Source of the DNA: Octopus vulgaris
Lineage: Eukaryota
Direction: 5' to 3'
Assembly (NCBI GenBank): GCA_951406725.2
Contig: OX597823.1
Location: forward strand, 70,370,001-70,434,000
Length of the DNA: 64,000 bases
Positions within the stretch are counted from its first letter, which is position 1. Each line of letters starts with the position of its first letter. The position numbers and the translations under genes were made by a program. The notes under the pieces are model-generated. The model searched no databases, was not told the DNA's origin, and saw nothing but the letters and a program-made list of their open reading frames with translations. Shown piece after piece: positions 53,487 to 64,000 of the stretch.

Positions 53487-54909
53487 TTAGTTCCATATAG
53501 GTGTTTTAACCAAAAATATTTCATGTAATGGCCTTATAAAGTGATAGTCTTTGATTTTACAGTATGGACATTCTATTATATGGCTGTACTCACTGTAGTA
53601 AGGTAAACCCGTAGTAACATCGACGACAGCTCTACAGCAGTGCCTGCATGTTAAACGTTTCGGACAACACGGCATAGCAGCAAATATGTCGTAAGAGTAC
53701 ATGGTACCTAATAAAAGCGTACTCCCATCCCACCTTTTCTTGCAGGCTGAGCATCGTATGTCTGTCTTGCCTTCCAAACAATGAATACAGACGGCGTTAA
53801 GATATTGAGGTTTCCCATCAAAAACAACTTGAATTTGGTGATGTTGAAAGTTGGTGTCAGTAGAATCTCCACCGATGCTATTTACATGGGCTGTCTCTTT
53901 CACCGTGTTTTTTTGGTAGGGTTCTGGAGAGAGAAACAGAGTTCCATCTATGAGTGGATAACGATCGAAGACGGGAAGTTCACATCTGCAGAGTACGCAT
54001 GGTAAGGATCCCATTTTGTGGATGCTAAGAGTAGACAGCACGAAGATCCTTGTATCATCGTTTCCATGCGAGCATTCGTCCTCCATCTTTATATAGTACG
54101 GGTTTTGTTTATAACGACGCAAATTTTTAAAAGCAGACAAGTCATTTCTTCGTTTAAATATGCTTCCACTAACCTCATTGCCAGTGCCATTTCCACCACT
54201 GCCACATATAGTGTTTCCAGCAACTACAGAATCTCCGTTTTCGGGCTTGTTTTTCTTTAACTGATTATTTACATTGTTAGTCTGAGATGGTGATCCAGCT
54301 GGAGTGGTTGGCGAACTCGATAAATAGTTGTTTGGCGGACTGGAGCCAGTACTAATACTATTGGTTCTAAGTCGGCCACCGTGTGTGTTAGTGTTATGGT
54401 TCGGATTCATCCCGCTTTTACTGGTCATTACAGCAATAGGTTTGTCATTTTTCTTTTTATGTTTGCGATTCTTCTTGGCGTTGTCATTCTGCGGTGGCGG
54501 GATGTAGTTGAGGTCTTTGCGCAGGTGACCACGGCTGCATCTACAGTCACAGGCTTTGAAAGCCAAATCATAGCCTTTTTTGGTCCAGAGGTTTTGCAGC
54601 CTCTGCTTCTCGCTCCAGCTGCGGGCTCGACCGCATGATCGAAGGTAGGCCAACACTCCTTGCTCCCATGTTTCAAAACAGAATTTGTGCATCCACTGAC
54701 CAACGGTGCAGTTTTCGTTATTGCACACAACTCTAACTGCATCGCACGGGTCAGAAGGGTCTATTAAATCCTTAATGTCGCTGCATCCGTTAGGCACACA
54801 ACATTGGTTGCTGGTGTTTTGATTGTCGTTGGCGCCCTGGCCTTGTTGTTGGTTGTTGTAATTGTTGTTGTGCTGTTGACCTCCTCCACCCAATCCGATA
54901 TCTTGATAC

Positions 54910-54940
<31 letters not shown>

Positions 54941-55007
54941 CGTCAACATTGTTATTGTGTTCGTCCTCACGTGTGCGGTTATGGCGGTTGTGTTTGTGGG
55001 CTGGCAT
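53487..55007 (-). CDS. HECA: Headcase protein homolog, intronless CDS, 506 aa
   Basis: Uninterrupted ORF with the headcase N-domain (VVCNNENC..GQWMH..CFETWE..LRSCGRARSWSEKQRLQNLWTKKGYDLAFKACDCRC.RGHLRKD) and C-domain (DRYPLIDGTLFLSP, WDGSTLLLGTMYSYDIFAAMPCC..RL.C, YSEYS...CPYC...DYHF). Confidence 0.97.
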
Positions 55008-55879
55008 GACGCGATGGAAGGGATAGCGAAAAATATTTGTGTGTTAAGTCTTAATTATTTTTGTTTCTGATTGCTGTTTTAACAAAGGACTGCCACCACC
55101 ATTGCAACCAATTACCACCACCATTAAATGATGCTCAAACCTCAATACAATCCACACCCATACATACACAACTTTATGTCTCCAGAGTTCTTTTACAAAA
55201 GCTAAAGAAAAAAAAAAAAAGTAACTAAAATAAAAGGAGATAGTCGGAGGAAGGAAAGAGATGTTGCGGTCGAATCAAAACAGTGTCGTTGTTTACAAAA
55301 TATTTAAAGCACGGGTCGATGTAAATTGATAGTAAAATTCAATTTACAATGTATTTGCGAAGGAAATGCAAGCGTCATGTGTGTGCAGATGTACATGTGT
55401 GTATGTGTTTACACGTTAAACTTGTTTTTAAAGTATACCGAAACACGGTTCCAGTGAGAAGAATCTGGTAAAAATAGTCATAACAGTAGGTAGTGAGGTG
55501 AGGTGACAATGCAATAATGATGCTGAGTAGTTAGTAGTGGCGAGATCGTTTCCAAATAAATTTCAATATACGTATTTTTTTGTCTTTTTCCCTTTTTTTT
55601 TTTTTTTTTTTTTGCAAATTACTTTGTAACGAAATGGAAACCAAAATATAATTCTCCGTACATCAGAGTAGTTTTCCCTTTAGTCAGGATTGATTGTAAG
55701 AAGATACAAAATAAAAGAAAAGCTGGTAAGTGTGCTCGCAATGAATTGCCTTGTTCACCCGTATTATTTCCCCATCTTGGTAACTTGGTTTAAGCTGCAA
55801 CGTTTAGTGTTGATATAAGAGAAGAAGTTAAAGAGTAGCAAGAGTAGTAGTTGTAGCAGTAGAAGTGGCATATGACAAT

Positions 55880-56080
55880 ACCTTTCAAACCACGCCTCCT
55901 CGGGTAACTGTCTCCGCTTCCCATTGGTCAAATTATTTCCATGTTATTGCTTTATTTTTATGGTGTGCATGTTTATTTATTTTTTTCACAATCTATGATT
56001 GACACAGTAACCTCGGTCGTGGCGCGTGCGTGATGAGTAAATTATGTTTAAAATGTTTTCACACGCGCACGTAAACACAT
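55880..56080 (-). promoter_or_regulatory. Candidate HECA promoter region
   Basis: CCAAT box on - (plus strand ccattggtca, 55922-55930), GC/KLF-like ccacgcctcc at ~55890 and CpG-containing gcgcgtgcg motifs, about 0.9 kb upstream of the ATG. Motif-level inference only. Confidence 0.35.
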
Positions 56081-57929
56081 TTGTGCACACAAAAATGTAT
56101 GCATATAAGGTAGAAATCTGTATTTTATACTTTTATAGAGGGTCTTGCGTGTAATCTGCACTTTAATAAATATAGCGATTTGAAGAACTACGACTATGGG
56201 ATTAGTCATGCAAATTAATAAACAAAAACTATCTCGGCGATCAGTGAAAGAAAAGCAATTCGGAGAAATGCAAAACTTGATTTGGGTATCCTGAGTAAGC
56301 GGAACGAATATGTTAAGGCTTAGAAGTCGCTAAATATGTTTAATAACCCGTTAATATTTTATTGTTATTTTTTTTTTTGTTTATTTAAAAATTTAACTTT
56401 TTCCATTGCTATAACTTCAGTGATGAAGTTGTTGAATAACTTCGAAAGGCCTACAAATAAAATTATAATTATATCGTCACACTTCTATAAACACGTTACA
56501 AATTTGTTTTGCCGTAAAGAATAATATGAATGATTACCCATGAACAATAACAATAATAATAATAAAAACTGGAAACATTCCTAAGACATCTTAAAAATAA
56601 ATTTGAAAGTATTTAACCAAAAGGAACATTAGTATATTTTCATTGATTGATTTAATGACTCATAATCATGTGTATATTTCTTTCGCTTACTCGAAATACC
56701 CAAGTCTAATTTTGTATTTCACCAAATTGTTTTGATTTATCTACTTAAATCCACTTCGGCAAAGAAAAGGTTAAAATTAGTAAGGTAGATAACTCCAATA
56801 AATAAATTGAAATTAAAGAAAATAGAGAAAATGTTTCTTTAGAAGCAATGGACATAGGATTTTTTCGGTTTGAAATGTCTCATTCAATATTATTGAAAAT
56901 TTCTACTCAGATGTAACTTTTCGTGCCAGTTACAAAAATTACATTCAATTTTGAAGAAAACAAAAAAGTTATGCTTCTGCAAAGATTGAATTATTTCTTT
57001 TAATTTTAGCCAATCAGATTTATTCATTCTTGATTATGTTATTTGTATATGCCCCCTTAACAACCAATGGGAACTATCTTGGGACAAGGGTTAGGGTTTG
57101 TAGTGTATTACAAAATTTCAGTCAAAACGTGAATTTGTTGTCTTCTTTCGTTTTCATTAAATCATCATAATCATCATCATTGGTGTTGTGGTCGTTTAAC
57201 GTTCACTTTTTTCATGTTTGCATGGATCAAACGGAATTTATTGAAGCAGATTTTTCTATAACTTGATACCCTCCCTATCACCAACTTCCATCTGTTTCCA
57301 AGAAAAGTAATATTTCGTTATGGCTGGATGTATTTTCATGGCAGATTGGAGACAAACAACAACACTTGTGTGATTGTGGTGCTCATTTACATATTGCATT
57401 GTGTCAAGATAAGGAAACAAAAATGTGCACAACATGCACACACACAAACATATGTCATTGGCACTGTCATGCAACTGGTGTCTTTTGTTGGATCTTTACC
57501 TTTGACCGACAGATTTTAAAAATATTTTTTTGTTACTAAACACTTCCAAACTTAGGATACTGGCAGAATGTGTCATATAAAACATCTTTTACACTAAGCA
57601 TTTTTGAGAAAAACTTATATTTATGAAGTTATTTCACGTTAAATTTGTCCTATTTCAGTAATTTCAACCAATCAGTGATGTGTATTCAGCTGAATAAAAC
57701 TACTGCTGTTGTTTGTCAACAACAACTTCCGGCAGTGTATATTTTGTTTGTCACTGTTATTTATGACAACCCTAATCCTAAAACTCTAACCCTAACACCC
57801 TAACCCTAAAAGCCTAACCCTAAAACCTTAAAGCTAAAACCAGTACAAACACACGGACAATGTCATAAATAACAGTGAGAAATGAAAAATACACTGCTGA
57901 TATATATATATATATATGTATATATAATG

Positions 57930-60900
57930 GAGGTGTGTTGATGTATTTTGCATCCAAGAGGTAAGGCAGAGAGGAGCTTCAGCCAGGTTCTTCACAGGCA
58001 AGACACATAGGTATAAAATCTTCTGGAATGGTAAAAGTGATGTAGTAGGTGGTGTGGGCATACTTCTTGCAGAAAAATGGGTGGATAAGGCCATAGAGGT
58101 AGTCAGAATGTGTGATAGAGTACTTAAGATCAGGCTAGTCTTGCAGAATAGTATAGCTTCAATTATATCTGCCTACACTCCACAAGCAGGCCTACCAAAT
58201 GAACGGAAGGACCACTTTTATGATATTCTTCTGCAGGCCATCTTAAAGATGAGTGGCAATTATCTAATCTTCATGGATGAGGATTTCAATGGGCATGTTG
58301 GACGGCAGCCTGGTATCTTCCATGGTGTTCATGGGGGCCATGGAATTAGTTCCTGAAATGAAGAGGGAACTAGCCTACTAGAGTTCTGTGATGCAAATAA
58401 CCTTTTGGTCTGCAATACCAACTTCAGGAAGCCAGCCAACTACCTGATAACCTATCAATCAGGTGACTCTGCCCGCCAGATCGATTTCATTCTCACCAGA
58501 CAGCGGGATGCGTGGTTGCTCTTAAATATAAAGACCCTCCCTGGTGAAGAATGTAAGGCCCTCCCTGATGAAGAATGTATCCCTCAGCATAGACTAGTCA
58601 TTTGCAACTTTAGACTCCTGGCCGGAAGAATGCCAAGAAACAGACCAATCTGGGAAAGAAGGATTTGGAAGCTTAAAGACCCTTCATATGGTCAGACATT
58701 TAGGGATATCCTAATTGAGAAATTTGATGAGAGTAAGGAGGAGCTACAAACTTGTGACATAGAGGGCAACTGGGAATTCCTGTGAGACAGCTTGCTGAGT
58801 GTCACAGATCAAATCTTTGGCTGATGCAAAGACCCTTCCAGACCTAGGGTAATGTACTGGTGGAACAATACTGTAGACAGGGCCATTAGAGTAAAGAAAC
58901 ATGCCTGGAAGAGTGGGGGCAGCAGGGAACTATATCAGGTAGCTGGAAAGGAATCTAGGAGACAGGTAAATCTAGCTAAAGGAGAAGCAGAAAAGAAGTT
59001 CGCCTTCTTTTCTGCAGAAGGAGTGGTCCAGTGTCGCGAGGACCAAAGGACTGAAGTATTTCGGATTGCAAGACAGTGTGTGAGAGAAAATTGTGATGCT
59101 ATTGGAGAGTAATGTGCCCACATGGATGATGGTGCACTTACTTTTAATGATTCTGCAAAGAAAGAGACTTGGAGATGTCATTATGAAAGACAGTTAAACC
59201 TAGAGAATGAATGGGAGGAGGAGAGTCTGCCAAATGTTGACCCAATTGAGGGACCAGCTACCCGAGTTGACAGCACCTTGGTAGATAAAGCAATTAAGGA
59301 TATGAAAGCAGGGAAAGCCCCCGGCCCCTAAGGAATTATGGCTGAGATGGTTAAAATATCTAGTGGTGTAGGTTATGGTCTAGTCACCTATATTGTAAAT
59401 CAGGTAGTTCATGAAGGAGTCATACCCAATAACTGGTGTAGCAGCACCATAGTCAACTGCTACAAAGGGAAAGGTGATGCCTTAGATAGAAATAATTACA
59501 GAGGTATCAAATTGTTGGTTCAGGTGATGAAAGTTATGAAGTGGGTCATGGCCCAGCTTATTAGGGAGACAGTTAGTCTAGATGAGATGCAATTTGGTTT
59601 TGTGCCAGGTAGAAGCATCACTGATGCTATATTTCTGGTAAGGCAGCTGCAGGAGAAATACCTAGCTGAAGATAAACCCCTATACTTGGCTTTTATTGAC
59701 TTGGAGAAAGCCTTTGACAGGGTCCCCTGATCCCTTATCTGGTAGTCAGTGCAGAAACTAGGGATAGATGAGTGGTTGGTGAGAGCTGTACAAGCCTTGT
59801 ACAGGGATGCTACCAATAAGGTGAGGCTGAGCAATGAGTACAGTGAAGAATTCAGGGTACAGGTAGGGATTCACCAAAGATTGGTGCTAGAGGTAGTGGA
59901 TAGCTTCCGTTATCTAGGTGGCCAAGTTAGTAGTGGAGGTGGTTGCTCTGAGAGTGTAGCTGTGAGAATAAGATTAGGCTGGGCAAAGTTCAGAAAGCTC
60001 CTACCCCTGCAGGCAACAAAGGGCCTCTCTTTCAGAGTGAAAGGCAGATTGTTTGATGCGTGTGTGTGAACAGCTATGCTGCATGGCAGTGAAAGATAGG
60101 CTGTGACAGCCAAGGACATGCATAGGCTTGAAAGAAATGAAGCTAGTATGCTTTGCTGGATGTGCAATGTCAATGTGCATGTTTGACAGAGTGTAAGCAT
60201 CTTAAAAGAAAAGTTAGGCATAAAAGGAAACAGATATGGTAGGCAAGAGAGATGACTGCACTGGTATGGTTATGTGATGTGTATGGATGAGGACAGCTGT
60301 GTAAAGAAGTGCTGGTCTCTAACTGTGAAGGCGAACCTGTGGTAGAGGTAAATCCAGGAAGACATAGGATGAGGTAGTCAAGCATGATCTTCGAACTTGG
60401 AGCCTCAGAGAGGTAATGACTGGTGACCGAGATCTTTGACAATGTCCTGTGCTTGAAAGGACCTGTCAAGCCAAGTGAACCCATGCTGGTGGCACGTAAA
60501 GAACATCTTTTGAATGTTGGGCCTCAGGGAGGCAAAGTGGTTGAGTTCCTCTTGAGTGATGGGTCTCACGGAGGGTAGCTGAGTGTTGGGTCTCATGGAG
60601 GCCAAGTGGCTGAGTTCCTTTCAAGCGTTGGGCCTGATGGAGGCAAAATGGCTGAGTCCCTTTTGAGTGTTGGGCCTAACGGAAGCATTGACCAAGACCT
60701 TTGGCTTTATGTTGTGCTTGAGAAAAAGTCCCTTTAAGCCAAGGAAAATTGCAGTCATGGCAGGTACTGGTGTCATGCAAATTGGCACATAAATGCATCG
60801 TGGTGTCATGCAAATGGCACCTGTTCCACTGGCTTGTAAAGGCACCCGTTTCACTCTCAGAATGGCTAATGTTAGGAAGGGCATCCAGCCATAGAAAACC

Positions 60901-60930
60901 ATGCCAAATCAGATTGGAGTCTGGTGCAGC
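57930..60930 (+). mobile_element. Degenerate RTE-clade LINE (APE endonuclease, RT with an internal deletion, repeat-containing 3' UTR)
   Basis: CIQEVR, GILLAEKW, DFNGHVG, QIDFIL, KAPGP, YKGKGD..NYRGIKLL, QFGFVPGRS.TDAIF and FIDLEKAFDRVP, with many stops. The 3' UTR matches the dispersed (GAT)n-tailed repeat family. Confidence 0.92.
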
Positions 60931-60931
60931 C

Positions 60932-61750
60932 TTATAAACTAGGAAAATATATATTTTTTTAGTGAATGTTAAATATAAAAAGAAAATTAATGTTTAAATA
61001 TTATCCATCCCTCTAGAAATATTAATAACAAGGTTATTGTATCTGAAGTCAATTCCAACAGAATTAAGTTTATGTCAAGTAACTCTAAAATTAAAAATTC
61101 TATATGTTGAGTATATATATTGCTCAACATTTAGGGATAGGAATACACGTAACAGTACAGGGCTCAGTAAATTAATTTGGGATCTAAAAGACCACAATGA
61201 ACAATTTATTTTAGAATGGTTGATTCTCTCAATCTCGATACCTTTTGACAAAGGCAAGGAATTCTGTCTTCTCTGTAATTCTGAACTATTTTTCATTATT
61301 TTTTTCTAAAAATCACCTAGTAAACATGGTTATAGAACGTGCATACCAATGTAAACATTGGCAAAAACACACCTTTAGTTCATATAAGTAATCTCTATCA
61401 TTATATATAATTTAAACATTAATTTTCTTTTTATATTTAGCATTCACTAAAAGAATATATATTTTCCTAGTTTATAAGGTTTTATTTAATATACATATAG
61501 TCATATACTTCTCATTTATTTAACTTTTCCTTAATTTATCCCTCCTCTTTCTATAGGCTACTTCTGATGTTATATCATATAACGATTTTTCAAACAATAT
61601 TAATAGCGTTCAGTAAATCACTAAACATATCCATCATTTTCTGTTAAAATGTCTTATTGACGAGTTTCATTTCTTCACTTCCCTGAAGAGAAGATTACAT
61701 TGTTTTACACCATTTTATTCTTTTGGAATAATATCAGTGATATCTTATAT
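60932..61750 (+). mobile_element. Second PLE relic (GIY-YIG C-terminus) with a short inverted terminal segment, truncating the RTE tail
   Basis: STFRDRNTRNSTGLSKLIWDLKD..LEWLILS..PFDKGKEFCLLCNSE parallels the 9717-10337 peptide. 60932-61003 is an inverted copy of ~61408-61478. Confidence 0.78.
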
Positions 61751-61798
61751 ATATATACACGAAAGAAGGTTTGAAAATGCAATTTAAAAGATGTTTAT

Positions 61799-61843
61799 TT
61801 ACTTTACCGGTTTCACTCTTTGGAAAAAGATTGTCAAAAGTAA
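61799..61843 (-). ncRNA. Type I hammerhead motif with U3-A8 core
   Basis: Minus strand reads UUACUU-UUGACAA-UCUUU(UUCC)AAAGAgu-GAA-ACCGGU-A-AAGUAA. Confidence 0.68.
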
Positions 61844-61898
61844 CAAATAGAAACCTTCGAACAGAGACGTCAGTGGCGACACCTGCGGGTCTGACTGC

Positions 61899-61940
61899 GC
61901 TACATTGACAAGGGGCAATACCCCGAAACGCGTCTGTAGC
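61899..61940 (+). ncRNA. Type I hammerhead motif with U3-A8 core
   Basis: GCUACA-UUGACAA-GGGG(CAAUA)CCCC-GAA-ACGCGU-C-UGUAGC: perfect stems I and II, palindromic stem III and a GUC cleavage triplet. Confidence 0.8.
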
Positions 61941-62199
61941 TGTCGGACTGGCAGTGTGAAGCGGCTGACCTCCCTTGTTCGAAGGTTATAATGGATACAG
62001 ATTGTGTATCAATAGCTATCTTGATGGCGGTGGCCTCATGGAGCTGACCAGCGGCAGCGATTATTCTTATATCTATAAGAATGCCATACTAATATGGCGA
62101 TAACAATTAATTTCCAGTAAACGCTGCCGTAATCTCTTTTATAGAGACTTAGTAATTTTAATATTTCTATTATATATATATATATATATATACATATAC

Positions 62200-63670
62200 A
62201 CTGTGCTCCCAGAACAACAGTTTCTGAGACGAGCAGGTCTTTTTGCAAGTGATCCTGGTCTTTTGTTATCTCCTCCATGACTTTCAAGGTCCTGAGATCA
62301 GCCTTCACCACTTCATTCCATGTCTTCCTGGGTATTGTTCTTCTGCATGCTCCATCTACATTAATTGATCAGCATTTCTTTATACAGCTGTTCCCATCCA
62401 TATACATCATGTCTCTACCAGCAGTCTTCTTTTGCACACTACATCTGATTTCTCTTATGCCCAGTTTTTCACTCAACACTTTTATACTAAGTTGTTGATG
62501 CACACTTATGTTGCACATACGGTAGCACTCTAGTTTCACTATTTTCCAGTCTTCTACATTCAAGGACCCTGTCTTATTACTATGCATCATTGCAGTTCTA
62601 ATAGAAGTGTCATATAATCTACTTTTCACTATATGTGAAAGCATAGCTGTAGTAGTTCCCTGAATTTTTTACCAACCTGTTCTTACTTCACCTGCTATAT
62701 TTTTAGAGTAATCACCTATTTACTTCTCCTAGGTAACAAAAGCTATCAACTACTTTTAGCAAGCCATTCAGGTATTTAAGAGAATCAATTTCCAGCCTGT
62801 TCTCAGTAAGTATTGCTTTAGTGCATGCCACATACAAAGCTTACTGTCTCTGTAGTTTACTTGCGATTCCACCACTTTCCTATATTTTGTGTGTCTGTAG
62901 CTTACAATGGCTGCAATATAGGAATTTTATATTCCTCTTTTCTGTATATTGAGTGAAACCATTTCCTTGAAGATACAAGAACCCTGTCTTCTGTGTTGGG
63001 AACTATGTCACCAGCATATAGTAGTGTCCATAGACTCCCAGTCTTAAACTTATTTTTCATGGCTTGTAGGACTATGATGAATAAGAGAGGACAGAAAATT
63101 GAGCCTTATTTGACTCCTGCCATCACATTAAATTCATCACTGAAATTGTTGTTGACTCTGATTTTACTTATCTGCATCTTTGTACATAGCTTGAACAACC
63201 ATCATAAACCATTTGTCTGCATCTAGTTTCCTTAGTGAGTAGCAATTAATGAATGCGGTACCCTGTCAAACACCTCCAAGTCAACAAATCCCAGGAATAG
63301 TGGTCTATTCTCCTGCTGCTGCCTCACTAGGCAGATTGCCAACATAGTATCTCTTCTGGGAATGAAGCCAAACAGTATCTCACCTAGGTCTACTCTGTTG
63401 TCGATCAATTGTGCTATGATTCTCTAATGACCTCAATAACCTGATCCAGTGGTTTGATCCTCCTGTTATTTCTTCTCTCAAAAGCAGCTCTTTTGCCTTT
63501 GTAACTGTTTAGAATGATACTGCAGTTTAAATTATTGGGTATGACACCCTCATCTATAACTTGGATTAACTATCTGGGCAGTAACTATGTATCCTACTTT
63601 GTCAGATATTTTGAGCTTCCTTACAGCTATTTCTGATGAACCTACAGCTTTCCCTCTCTTCATGTCCTTT
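62200..63670 (-). mobile_element. Second degenerate RTE LINE of a related family
   Basis: The minus strand parallels 59300-60450: YKGKRA..NNRRIK, FGFIPRR, FVDLEVFDRVP, KSRLYD..RTAMMH, EKLGI. Confidence 0.82.
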
Positions 63671-64000
63671 ATTGTTAATGTAGTCTAAGTATAGTCTCAT
63701 AGAAGAGACCCTTTTTGTCATGCAGTCAACCTTGACTATGGGATGAAAGCGAGATAAATGTTTCTGTTGAGTTATCTGGAACGTGTTTCATCTTTACCCT
63801 ATAATAGAAAGCAAGGTTTACGATATCGGAAGAATATCGTCTCCTTCCATCATCTTTTTGTTCATTAAGTAGTTCAGGCTTCCGGCAGGCGAAGAGAGAA
63901 GACTTCAAGTACAAATGCTATTTACAACTGGTTTATTTACAGGATTCACAGGATAGGTGTAGTGTGCTGCTCTCAGCTACCATCTTTAGCTGTATGCATT

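Noticed and set aside
53781-55070. Antisense and alternate-frame ORFs over HECA
   Set aside because: Shadow ORFs of a real CDS and its CAA/AAC repeats; no recognisable motifs.
55722-55732. Plus-strand consensus donor ctg|gtaagt suggesting an antisense transcript at HECA
   Set aside because: A single short motif is expected by chance, and there is no other support.
57765-57840. Interstitial telomere
   Set aside because: Only a few degenerate CCCTAA units within a probable dispersed repeat; no pure array.
61557-61740. Additional hammerheads in the second PLE tail (ctgat-gttatatcatataac-ga and ctgaaga at ~61683)
   Set aside because: Cores are incomplete and stems I and III cannot be placed convincingly; at best decayed remnants.

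Overview
AT-rich, microsatellite- and transposon-dense eukaryotic DNA; the repeat landscape suggests a coleoid cephalopod, probably Octopus (inference). There are two protein-coding genes. (1) MBTPS2/site-2 protease lies on + with 8 coding exons between 1564 and 29800, giving 471 codons plus stop in frame. Its short first exon was not found and probably lies upstream of the window. Its last intron is a minor-spliceosome (U12-type) GT-AG intron. (2) A headcase/HECA gene with an intronless CDS lies on - (53487-55007) inside a repeat-free, CpG-richer domain. The rest is tRNA-derived SINEs, RTE LINE relics, mariner/Tc1/pogo relics, MITEs, Helitron relics and Penelope-like element (PLE) pieces. The main hidden signal is about nine minimal type I hammerhead ribozyme (HHR) motifs in (TA)n-embedded elements. 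They comprise an inverted pair in a PLE inside an MBTPS2 intron, a near-identical 481-bp tandem array with one HHR per unit (retrozyme-like), one A6U variant, and a ~400-bp highly structured element with HHRs on both strands that share a compensatory U3-A8 core. Nearly all ORFs in the supplied track are microsatellite or repeat artefacts. All calls were made by eye; no database searches were run.
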